From Octopus bimaculoides (taxonomy: Eukaryota), in contig NC_068995.1 in assembly GCF_001194135.2 (NCBI RefSeq), positions 50,092,852 through 50,156,851 of the forward strand: a DNA stretch of 64,000 bases, in the 5' to 3' direction. How positions within the stretch are numbered: position 1 is the first letter of the stretch; each line of letters begins with the position of its first letter. The position numbers were made by a program, and so were the translations under genes. Of the stretch, positions 23,173 through 33,830 are shown in pieces. The notes below the pieces were generated by a model. That model did not search any database. It was not told the DNA's origin and was given only the letters and a program-made list of their open reading frames with translations.

Positions 23173-23688
23173 CCATCCGCTGTTATCATTTATCCAGGTG
23201 TCGATCTTGTGTTCTTTAAAGAGTTTTATCAAGATCTGGTTATACTGTTCCCATGAAAGGTCATGATGTTTGGATCGTTGATCTTCGGCCAAAACAGCCA
23301 ACATCGTGAAAACCATAGAGATACGACGCCAATGTAAATTTTTACGATCCTCCAGGATGGTCTCCACTACGCAACGGTACGCCTTTTGGATTGTTAAGTC
23401 ATCTGCAACTTCGTCTAACAATTGGGCAACATTTTTATACAACGCATCTCTATAAATGTTGTAAATTTCTAATACTGATTTCCTCATGCCTGCACAAATG
23501 TCGGATTCGGGTTGCGAAATGAAATGACCTTTATCGAAGTTCAACACCATGTCTTTGACCATTCTAGGCACCTCTTTTCTACAAGATTTCAAATTTTCTT
23601 CCTTATCCATGCGAATCACGGATTGAAGGGGGTGCATAACAGGCGAGGAGTTAATACTACAAAAGATATTCGTCAGGACAGAGACCAT
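23173..23688 (-). CDS. Divergent multi-BH Bcl-2-family protein (Mcl-1/A1-like architecture), main coding exon, 172 aa; 206 aa after splicing to 16796
   Basis: BH1-like ILEDRKNLHWRRISMVFTML; BH2-like IDTWINDNSGW; BH3-position helix ICAGMRKSVLEI. First ATG at 23688. Donor TGG|GTGAGG directly after the BH2 Trp codon, the conserved intron position in Bcl-2-family genes. Confidence 0.85.
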
Positions 23689-23794
23689 CTTCAGGGATAT
23701 TAACTGAACGCCTGTTATTTCTTTTGGGGGGAAACGATAATAACTCACTCAATGTAAGCTAAAATGACTTCAAAGTGTAATGAAAGCGCTCTCC

Positions 23795-24110
23795 CTTTAT
23801 ATATAGCAATGTAACCCGCCTTTCTGATTGGCTGTTTTTGCTGTTCTCTTTACACTCACTCATACATAATATATACAGCCATATATATATTTATACATAT
23901 ACACACGCTCTCGCGCGCGCATATGAATGGAAACACGCATGCGCATTTATAAAATCCTTTTTGTAAACAAAGCAATTGATGTTTTTCTGCATTTAATGCA
24001 GAAAACCCCAAAATTATAAGTGAAAAAGAATTTTCTTTCTGTTTTTTTTTTTTTTGACAACCCCCGTCATTCTTTGTAAACGAGAGTAAGTTCCCGTGAC
24101 GGAAGTCTGG
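23795..24110. promoter_or_regulatory. CpG-rich, probably bidirectional promoter
   Basis: Minus-strand TATATAAAG (~23795-23803) and CCAAT box AGCCAATCAG (23824-23833) upstream of the Bcl-2-like ATG; NRF1-like CGCATGCGCA at 23936-23945; ETS CGGAAGT at 24100-24106; plus-strand donor TAA|GTATGT at 24290. Confidence 0.6.
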
Positions 24111-24310
24111 AATATGAGTTGGATTTTCTCCGTTTTGAAAGGGAATTTTCAAATGCCCCATGAGGGTGTTTGGTTGTTCTAATGCCCGCCACCGTTCACG
24201 GTTAACGCTGCAAGTGGTTTGGCTTACTTTAATAAGTTTCCGTTGACCCTTATGGTGCGCGACCAAATTAGGAATACTTATGTGATTAAGTATGTAGTAA
24301 CAATTGTATG

Positions 24311-25258
24311 NNNNNNNNNNNNNNNNNNNNNNNNNNNNNNNNNNNNNNNNNNNNNNNNNNNNNNNNNNNNNNNNNNNNNNNNNNNNNNNNNNNNNNNNNN
24401 NNNNNNNNNNNNNNNNNNNNNNNNNNNNNNNNNNNNNNNNNNNNNNNNNNNNNNNNNNNNNNNNNNNNNNNNNNNNNNNNNNNNNNNNNNNNNNNNNNNN
24501 NNNNNNNNNNNNNNNNNNNNNNNNNNNNNNNNNNNNNNNNNNNNNNNNNNNNNNNNNNNNNNNNNNNNNNNNNNNNNNNNNNNNNNNNNNNNNNNNNNNN
24601 NNNNNNNNNNNNNNNNNNNNNNNNNNNNNNNNNNNNNNNNNNNNNNNNNNNNNNNNNNNNNNNNNNNNNNNNNNNNNNNNNNNNNNNNNNNNNNNNNNNN
24701 NNNNNNNNNNNNNNNNNNNNNNNNNNNNNNNNNNNNNNNNNNNNNNNNNNNNNNNNNNNNNNNNNNNNNNNNNNNNNNNNNNNNNNNNNNNNNNNNNNNN
24801 NNNNNNNNNNNNNNNNNNNNNNNNNNNNNNNNNNNNNNNNNNNNNNNNNNNNNNNNNNNNNNNNNNNNNNNNNNNNNNNNNNNNNNNNNNNNNNNNNNNN
24901 NNNNNNNNNNNNNNNNNNNNNNNNNNNNNNNNNNNNNNNNNNNNNNNNNNNNNNNNNNNNNNNNNNNNNNNNNNNNNNNNNNNNNNNNNNNNNNNNNNNN
25001 NNNNNNNNNNNNNNNNNNNNNNNNNNNNNNNNNNNNNNNNNNNNNNNNNNNNNNNNNNNNNNNNNNNNNNNNNNNNNNNNNNNNNNNNNNNNNNNNNNNN
25101 NNNNNNNNNNNNNNNNNNNNNNNNNNNNNNNNNNNNNNNNNNNNNNNNNNNNNNNNNNNNNNNNNNNNNNNNNNNNNNNNNNNNNNNNNNNNNNNNNNNN
25201 NNNNNNNNNNNNNNNNNNNNNNNNNNNNNNNNNNNNNNNNNNNNNNNNNNNNNNNNNN
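24311..25258. other. Assembly gap (N run). Other gaps: 17179-17188, 32109-32154, 33145-33294, 41496-41850, 42531-42817, 48682-49629, 50537-50670, 52520-52691
   Basis: Runs of n in the sequence. Confidence 1.
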
Positions 25259-25369
25259 ATCATAAATTTTCAAACATTTTTTTTTTTTCATAAAAACCTT
25301 CCCCCCACCTATCATTTCTAAGGGTGTGCTGAAAAAAAAAAAAAATTGGAAAAATTTCCTTCACAACAG

Positions 25370-25490
25370 AGAAAATCGAACTTGTGTGGGCATTCTGATC
25401 CAAGATTCTGCCCTCTGCCTTTCTATCGGTCTCTTATTCCAAACTGCTCATTTAGAAGAACGCAAACAAACCAACACCAGTTGTCAAATG
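25370..25490 (+). other. Candidate internal (probably 5'UTR) exon
   Basis: Acceptor tttccttcacaacag| and donor ATG|GTGAGA; 121 nt; no recognisable protein similarity. Confidence 0.3.
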
Positions 25491-25578
25491 GTGAGAAGTA
25501 AACATGCACACACATACACACACATTTAGGTTTGATGATGTAAACAGAAATAGAACTTGAAACATGAGTGTGTGGGGG

Positions 25579-25609
<31 letters not shown>

Positions 25610-26432
25610 CTATTAATAGCTAGTACAAGTAACAGGGTGGCTCAAAGGTTGAGAGTTTTGTGTACTGATAAGTACTAGTGCAAGAAAAAAACAGCCTGGT
25701 AACTTCTGCTGATTATTAATATTATATATGTACAATGGACTTCCATACACTTCCTTTCTACAAAATTCATTCACAAGGTTGGCCAGCCTGGGTGTTGAAG
25801 AGATGATTGCCCAAAGTCTCAGTACTACTACCTGGTAAGATCGTGCTTTCTACTATGGCTCAGGCCAACAAAAGCCTTATGAATGGATTTGGTAGACAGA
25901 AACTGAAAGAAACCCTTGTAACTCTATGTTTGTTCCACATGACTGTTTGACAATTGGTGTTGGTATGATTATATCTTTGTAACTTAGCAGTTTGGCAAAA
26001 GAGACCAATAGAATAAGCACCAGGATTAAAATACTAATACATAGTGTGATTGATGTATTCAATTAGAATTCTTCAAGCTGTTGTCCCAGCATGGCTGTAG
26101 TCTAAATGACTGGAACAAGTAAAAGATACACACACACTCACACACACACAAACACACACACACATTCATACATACATTCATATGAAACGTTTCTAATTTT
26201 AGAAATCTATATGAAGAAATTGATCAGATAATGCAGAATGTGAAATTGTTTTATTACTGTGAAACTTTGACCAGTGAGTAATGTATCAAGTTGTACAATA
26301 TACAGAATGAATAATCAATATTGTTTTGTTATGAAGGAACCTTGATGCAGATAAGTTTATACGTAATCAAGCTTACATAACATTTGAATGTTATTTCTGA
26401 TTTTTTATTTAAAGGATTATTATGCATCTAAA

Positions 26433-26692
26433 GGAGGTGCAATGGCCCAGTGGTTAGGGCAGCAGACTCGCAGTCATAGGATCGTGGTTTCGATTCCCAG
26501 ACCGGGCGTTGTGAGTGTTTATTGAGCAAAAACACCTAAAGCTCCACGAGGCTTCGGCAGGGGACAGTGACGAACCCTGCTGTACTCTTTCACCACAACT
26601 CAGCCACTTGCACGTTAATTTCACGAGCAGGCTGTTCCGTTGATCGGATCAACTGGAACCCTCGACGTCGTAAGCAACGGAGTGCCAACAAC
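26433..26692 (+). mobile_element. tRNA-derived SINE, family C, with TSD
   Basis: A/B-box-like head (ggcccagtggttagggc...ggtttcgattccc); 11-bp TSD ATGCATCTAAA at 26422-26432 and 26693-26703; other copies at 37248-37590 (+) and 50130-50505 (-). Confidence 0.85.
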
Positions 26693-27697
26693 ATGCATCT
26701 AAAATTTTGAGGGGGTGGTTAAGAATCTTGCTTTGCAAGCCTGTGGTTTGGGATTCAGTCCCAGCACATGGCACCTTGAGTAAGCGTCTTCTACACCAGG
26801 CCAACCAATACTTTGTGAGTGAATTTGGCAGATGGAAACTGCATGGAAGCCCAATATATACGTGTGTGTGTGTGTGTATGTTGTAGTGGGCATGCAGAAG
26901 TAGTATCATGGGTAAACAAAACATTTAGATCCAGTGTCGTGCATGATCAGGTACACGATAAAGAAATCAATTCCTCCCAAAGTCATTTCATGGTTGTCTC
27001 TCTCACACAGTGCTGATGATAGCCAAGAATGTGGAAATGCAACATTCACAGCAAATTAGCAGTGAATACAGCCTTTATGCAGGCCAAATATGTCCCAAAT
27101 TTAAACTGATCTTCCATATGTTAACATGTACCTCCTTGCGGCAATGTAAACTTTCATTTAATCAAGATATCCTCAGCCTGAGGTATATACACCTTGCCTG
27201 GATATTTACCACTTCTGAGGTTCCCCTTGCTATGAAACATAGGTAGCCTGGATCTTATCTACTCCATTCTATAACTCTTGTAATCTTATTCACACATCCT
27301 ACAACCCTGGTCACCTACTGTGAAATATAAAAAGAACTTTTTCAGTTTATTGTACTTTGATACAAAAAAAAAAAAAAAATCACAACCTTCCAACAGAGTA
27401 TTTTCACATGGGAAGATCAATACTAAGAGTCAAATTTATAATAAAATTCATTTTGACTGGAACTATAAGCTTTGCCTAATGGCTTACTTGAATAGCCAGA
27501 AAGGTCGACTGATTTTAAAATCTTCAGACAGCCAGATCATAACAACTCCTTTACATGTGGTTGCATTGAAACCCTGTCGAACTCATGTTTGAAGGTTACA
27601 TATTCAGTGATTGTGGTGATTGGATCCAGTGGAATATGAATTTAGATTTATTTGAAGCTTGGAGTAACTTACTTTGTGATTCTACATTGTAATAATA

Positions 27698-27751
27698 TAG
27701 ATAGATAGATAGATAGATAGATGTGATTCTACATTGTAATAATATAGATAT

Positions 27752-27812
<61 letters not shown>

Positions 27813-27940
27813 CAGACAGGTAGGTTGATAAATAGACAGATAAGTAGAGAGAAAGAGAGAGACAAATACATAGATAAACTAATAAACAAATTGATAGACA
27901 TGTAGATAAATAGATAGACTGATAGATAGGTAGATTAAAA
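27698..27940. repeat. (GATA)n microsatellite with degenerate extensions
   Basis: Direct reading of tandem TAGA units; the segment tgtgattctacattgtaataatatagata is locally duplicated. Confidence 0.95.
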
Positions 27941-28118
27941 GTAAATCTGAGAATATCGCTTTAAAAAAAAAACCTTTCCAATTTTTCTTTGCCAAGCTGA
28001 CCTACTTGAAACTTGATTTTTTTCTCCACACAATTCACATTCAATCAAGAATACTAAATAGTTCACTGTAAAAATAGCCACAAAAGCTATCAGACAAAAA
28101 GACCAAAAAAATATTAAT

Positions 28119-28274
28119 ACGTCACGTCACGTCACACATGAATGAATGTTCGCATTCAACGTCAACCATTAAAATTGTGTGCGTGTGTATGTATTATACT
28201 TAAAGTCGTGTAGGTGTATTAAAATATACATATAATATATAGATACAACTGCTGACACACACACACATGTATGT

Positions 28275-28350
<76 letters not shown>

Positions 28351-28676
28351 CATACCTACGCATTCTTTATCACGTGAGGCTTCACGAGTTATCGTTCTTG
28401 ATATTTTCTTTTCAGTTTCATAAAATTTTTATTTTTTTCGCATCACGCTTCTTGTTAGTCTTCGATGTCTTCCAAGAAAGTAGTCTCGTGTAACATCTTG
28501 TCGTTCGGAAAGGTTTATACAACTTTCTCTTAACGGATACTATTCACACAAAACTGTAACAGCTCCTGTAAGTCGATTAACTTTTTGTTTTTTTATATAT
28601 AATTTCTTTTTTCAATATCCAATATCGGTTTTAATTTATTTCTAATTTTTTTTTTGACAAGACACCACCTGTCCAG
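28119..28676 (+). promoter_or_regulatory. CpG-rich candidate proximal promoter / first exon of the BH3-only gene
   Basis: (CGTCA)x3 at 28120-28134; E-box TCACGTGA at 28370-28377; donors CCT|GTAAGT (28568) and CAG|GTATGT (28677); locally higher CpG density. Confidence 0.45.
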
Positions 28677-31386
28677 GTATGTTTAATTATATATTTTCAA
28701 GTGTTTTAATTTTTATTGTTCCTTCTAAGTATTTCAGTATTTCAGTATCAACTTGTAGCTTTCAAGTATAACTATGTTTACTAAAAAGAAAATATTTGAT
28801 TTAATTTATTTTTGGGCGTGTATGGGTTTTAATCATTCTTTTTCGAAAATCTATTATTTTCGTGCCTACCGCAACTTGAAATTGTTATTTTTCTTACATT
28901 GACATATGTCTTCTTAAAAGGATTATCGAATTATCGACCTAAACGTAACGATTACTACTGGGAATAAAAACTTGTTTTGTCTCATAAGGTTGTCAATTTG
29001 TTTTGTATTGTCTTCGCGCACTTGACATTCCCGAACAATGTTGGGTTTTTCCGCGATAGATTCAGTTTCACATTTTTAATTATGATTTGTTTCACACACA
29101 CACATATATATATATATAGAGAGAGAGAGAGAGTTTTATTTTACTAAAGGCATTCCAGTGACGGCCACCTCGTTTACTTTGGATGTGGTGGTCTTTAAGA
29201 TTACTCTATCTAATGTGTACCAGTCTTTATTCTAATGTGATGGAGTTTGATTTAGGCGAAATTTGGTTGCAATTTTTAGCAGGTCGAGTAATTACATGGA
29301 TGCTGTTTCTCAATCCTGTTAACAAATTCTTGACCATGTTAACTAGTTCCTTTCCTAGTCACAAGCCGCGCGCTATTTTCATATCTCTCTATAGTAGTTA
29401 TTGGAATTGGTGAGACGTAATCCTCTAGATCGTGTTGCCGGCTTCGTAAGTCTACTCGAAGAAGTAACACGCTATATTCTCTTTTGATTTTTTTTTTCTC
29501 GTCTGACGATCCTTGTCTTGTTTTCTACTATAATTCATTCACATCTAGGATACTCTACCTTATAAGAATATTAAATCGATCCCCAGAACATAGTTGATTA
29601 GTATTTCATTTTAACGACACCGGAAAACAAAGCTTGGTTCAATGGTATTTGAACTCTTAAGGTAAAGAGTTTTAATTAAAAAAAAATTGCATTTTGTCCA
29701 ACCTTCTAATGAAAATCCAAAGCTTAGCTGATGCATTCCTTTGCAGATTTTTACCCGTTCAATAAACCCCTTGCTAGCTCACATTTTATGTATATGGTAC
29801 TGTAGTAAGTAGTAAATTCTCAGTTCACTGTTTCCCATTTACCCCACAAAGTTATTTTGGAAATGCATGAATGTCATAACATCATAGATATTATAAAATT
29901 GTTTTTCGTCAATGACACTTGTTTTGAAACTTCCTGAAATATAGTTCTTAAGAAACAGTGGTGAATGTATCAACAACCAGAGACAGCATTGTTCAGATCC
30001 AGAAAAAGACTACCTCCCTGATCAGTTTGTGTTGTACTACAAAGCCCTATGCAACCTGCATATAGGGACTACAGCTCTTATCCTTGGCTCAGGTGCATCA
30101 GTTTCATGCTCAAACATTTTACATTAAAATACACCTGAAAATGAGTCCCTCACTGGCACATGGCCAATGCCAGCAAGGACATACTCAGGAATCCCTACGA
30201 GTCTCCAGTCTGAATTCTAATCTAAATATGTTGGTACTCCAATGCATTGTTTTCTAAATACAGTTGAGACCACTCTGATAACAACTGCTGCCCCACTGAT
30301 GGAATGTATTGTTTGTGTCCCTCATACAAACAACCATAGCTGCTGACCTTCTGTGAACTAGGCAGCTGTATATGTGATGCCCCAGTTTCTCCTTTTCCTC
30401 CCAGTCTCTCATCATATTTGAGATCTTTAACTCACTAACACTTTACTCAGTCCTCTTTTCCTCTGAACTGTATTCCTCTTGAAATCCCACTTTTCCCTAG
30501 GTTCACAACTCTAGATATTCCGGTATGATTTGAGAGAGATTTGACTACAAATTCTAGCAAGCTGAGTGACCCAGAGGCTCCCATGTGCATTTTCTTTAGA
30601 GGTATCAACTTACAAATGTTCATACTGAGCAATAATCTCATTGGCACTGCATTTTAAAAATACTTAATTTGAAGTGTTCAATGCAGCTGAGCAGAACACA
30701 CTAAATGCATTGCAGTATTTAGCATTGTACTTCTATCTACATCAGGGATCAACAACTCATCATTGTAATGCTATACTTGGATGGTGAGGTGGGGGTTATG
30801 TTTGGCCATAGTCCACATATATATTACATCATCTTACATATAAAAATTTCCCCTTGTATCTCCCTTCCATTGTCATCACTGGTAATATGTACGTGCAACA
30901 AAGGACACTCTGAATAACCCTCAACAACCCACAAATGCATTGGATTTTAAACATGTTTAGAAAAGGTCTGTGTCCCATAGAGAAAATCACAAAGGTTACA
31001 TGTGGTGTCAACCTCTGTTCTACATGTGATATCAACCTCTGTTCTACATCATCAATTCAAAGCCTGCTAGAGTTGGCTTCATTTTTTGTCTGCAGGTTTC
31101 ATAGAGCAAGTAACAATGACACACTTGTGATATATTTAGTTGCAGTCTTTACATTTTTATAGTCTAAGTTCAAATCCCAGTGTTGACTTTGCCTTCTGGG
31201 ACAGTGGTACCAGTCTCAAGAACTCCCTTCCTCCAAATCTTGAACCCTAACATAATTAAGAATCAAGAATAGAGTGGGATTTGGTTCAAATAACAGCAGA
31301 TTTTTATCTTCTTCCACAAGTAAAATAACACAGTATTTCAAAATTAATATCCTATAATTTCTTATATGTGTTTATTTTATTTACAG

Positions 31387-31451
31387 AATTTGAAACACTT
31401 TCAAAACAAAGGAAGATTCTGTTCAGAAAATCTGGAAGAAAAGTTTATTTG
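31387..31451 (+). other. Non-coding (5'UTR) exon of the BH3-only gene
   Basis: Acceptor tgtttattttatttacag|, donor TTG|GTAAAT; 65 nt, purine-rich (GAAGA), no ATG. Confidence 0.55.
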
Positions 31452-32219
31452 GTAAATAAAAATGAATATATTAAAAATTTTTTTCTCTCTAGAATCTAAT
31501 TTTTGAGCTAAGGAGCTGTCTTTTTCTTTTGAAGTTTATAAAATTTTATTTTTAAGCTAAAGAGTTTAAATTTATTAACCTTGAAACCACTCTTGGTTTT
31601 ATGATACAAACTTCATGTTTTAAAGTGGCCTACATTAAAATTTTCTGTTAGAATGTCATGTTAACTTGTGTTTCTAATATTAAGCTTATGACTGTGGCCA
31701 TGCTAGGGTGCTACCTTGAAGAACTTTTTCTCTTTTTTTTTTTTTAGTTGAACAAATTGACACCAGATTTTTGTTTTAAGTTTGATACTTATTTTATTGG
31801 TGCCTTTTACCGAACCGCTAAGTCACACCAGTTGTTAAGTGGTGGTGGGGAAAAACACTGACACATACACACCATACATTCATGTATATATATGTACACG
31901 GCCTTCTTTTCAGTTTCTGTCTACCAAATCCACTCATAGGGCTTTGGTCAGCTTGAGGCTATTGTAGAAGACACTTGCCCAAGGTGCCACACTGGGATTG
32001 ACCCTGGAACCCTGTAATTGGGAAGCAGACTTCTCACACATCTTCAAACTCAAATATGATGTCTTCAATATAGCATTTTTGAAAGAAAAGCTCTTCTACC
32101 CCCCCCCCNNNNNNNNNNNNNNNNNNNNNNNNNNNNNNNNNNNNNNNNNNNNNNTCTCTCTCTCTCTCTCTACATATATATATATATATATATATGAACA
32201 CATATGCCTGTATAGATGA

Positions 32220-32530
32220 AAGCAACTTTATTTAGCTTGGCATATCTTCTCAAGTACAGCAAAACGCTACATCTGCTGGTTCCTTGTCATTTCCTCAATG
32301 AAGCCCGGCATTCAAACATCCTTTCTCACCACTTTGTCCCACATCTTCCTGGGTCTGCCCCCTCCACAGATTCCCTCTGCTATTAGAGCTCGGCACTACT
32401 TTATGCAGCTGTCCTCATCCATATGCATCACATGACCAAACCACTGCAGCCTTCTCTCTTACATACAACATCTGATACCTTTTACACCCAATTTTCCTCT
32501 TAAATCATTTACACTCTGTCATGCATGCAC
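32220..32530 (-). mobile_element. RTE-clade LINE 3' fragment
   Basis: Minus-strand translation gives LQWFGHVMHMDEDSCIK*...GGGRPRKMWDKVVRKD, the typical RTE ORF2 C-terminus. Confidence 0.75.
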
Positions 32531-32805
32531 GCTACATTGAGTTTTGGACCAGTATTTTATGTATGCATAGAGTTAGTCATATTGATATAGCTTCAGGAAT
32601 GCTTGTTAGTTAATTTTTAAAGTTATCAAATTTGATGAGGATTTCAAAAAAACTATTTATGTTAGAAATGAGTTTTGACAATGTATCATGCAAGAAATGT
32701 AAGCTTCACATTCTACAGTGTTATCCATTTCTTTATTTTTGTAGGATTGACTTCTGAACAAATACTGTGTTATAACTACATATATATAGTTATATATATA
32801 TCTAT

Positions 32806-33081
32806 ATGTCTGGAGAAAATTGTTACGCGTGTTCTTCCCAAATGGCTAATCCTGCTGAACTGAATATGGCTCTTGAGCCAGTTAATTCTGGAAGTAGTTC
32901 AGAATCTAGTCCAGATGTCAACATATATGACCACTGTGGACAGATTCTTCGTCTCTTGGGCGACAGTTTTTATTGGATGACCTGTGGCAGAAAACTTCAG
33001 TTGATTGCCGACAAATTTTATTGTGTACAGATATTACTTCGCTTAACATTGCAAGATGCCATGCCCTATTCACCCATTTAA
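32806..33081 (+). CDS. Candidate BH3-only protein with two tandem BH3 motifs (BMF/Noxa-like), 91 aa
   Basis: CGQILRLLGDSFY (aa 44-56) and CGRKLQLIADKFY (aa 60-72) both fit L-x-x-x-[G/A]-D-x-F. Ser-rich N-terminus, hydrophobic tail. Acceptor tttctttatttttgtag| at 32744; first ATG of the exon is 32806, with an upstream in-frame TGA. Confidence 0.7.
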   Translation: MSGENCYACSSQMANPAELNMALEPVNSGSSSESSPDVNIYDHCGQILRLLGDSFYWMTCGRKLQLIADKFYCVQILLRLTLQDAMPYSPI

Positions 33082-33609
33082 GTATGGCTGTGAAATTTTT
33101 TTTAAGACTTGGCTGTTAGGGCATTTGGTTTTTTGGGGGGGCGGNNNNNNNNNNNNNNNNNNNNNNNNNNNNNNNNNNNNNNNNNNNNNNNNNNNNNNNN
33201 NNNNNNNNNNNNNNNNNNNNNNNNNNNNNNNNNNNNNNNNNNNNNNNNNNNNNNNNNNNNNNNNNNNNNNNNNNNNNNNNNNNNNNNNNNNNNNGGTGGG
33301 GGGGGGGGTCAATTAAAAAAAAAAATTCTTTTTGATATTTTTTTATCATTACAGTGTGAGAGAAAGAATCTTTCTCTGAGATGGTCTCCTGTTTTTAATA
33401 CCTAAGTATTTATGTATACTTAAAATTAATTTAAGAAAAAATTTCTGATATCCCTTCATTGGGGATCAGTGCTTTTTCTTTTTTTTTTTTTGGTTTTGTT
33501 TTTTTTTTTTTTGGATGAAAATATTTTTAATAGTGATATTCACTATTTAAAGTATGTAAATATGTGTAGCTCATCACCTATTTAATCACACTTTAATATT
33601 TTTACCGCT

Positions 33610-33830
33610 ACCAAGGTGGTAAGCTGGTAGAATCGTTTGCACACCAGGCAGAATCCTTGGCAACATTTTGTCCGGCTTTACATTCTGAATCCAAATTTCA
33701 CCAGGGTCAACTTTGCCTTTCATCCTTTCGGGGTCGATAAAATAAGTACCAGTTGAGTACTGGGGTCGATGTAATCGACTTAGCCCCCTCCTCCAAAATT
33801 GCTGGCCTTGTGCCAAAATTTGAAACCAAT
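33610..33830 (+). mobile_element. SINE family B (in the presumed 3'UTR of the BH3-only gene)
   Basis: ggtaagctggtagaatcgtt...gggtcaactttgcctttcatcctttcggggtcgataaaataagtaccag; further decayed copies at 35460-36280. Confidence 0.8.

Noticed and set aside
23149-23748. ORF-track 199-aa intronless Bcl-2 as a retrogene or viral vBcl-2
   Set aside because: The listed start is GTG upstream of the first ATG (23688). A canonical donor at the conserved BH2 intron position and a matching terminal exon at 16796-16692 show a normal spliced host gene.
24219-25321. Long ORFs of 300-580 aa here and at 41442-41921, 42439-42951, 48155-49900, 50415-50892
   Set aside because: Artefacts of N-gaps translated as X plus flanking microsatellites.
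28383-28403. acgagttatcgttcttgatatt resembling the array 20-mer in the BH3-gene promoter
   Set aside because: Only a 10-nt exact match, with no GGAATG arm or other unit blocks; within chance expectation for this window size.
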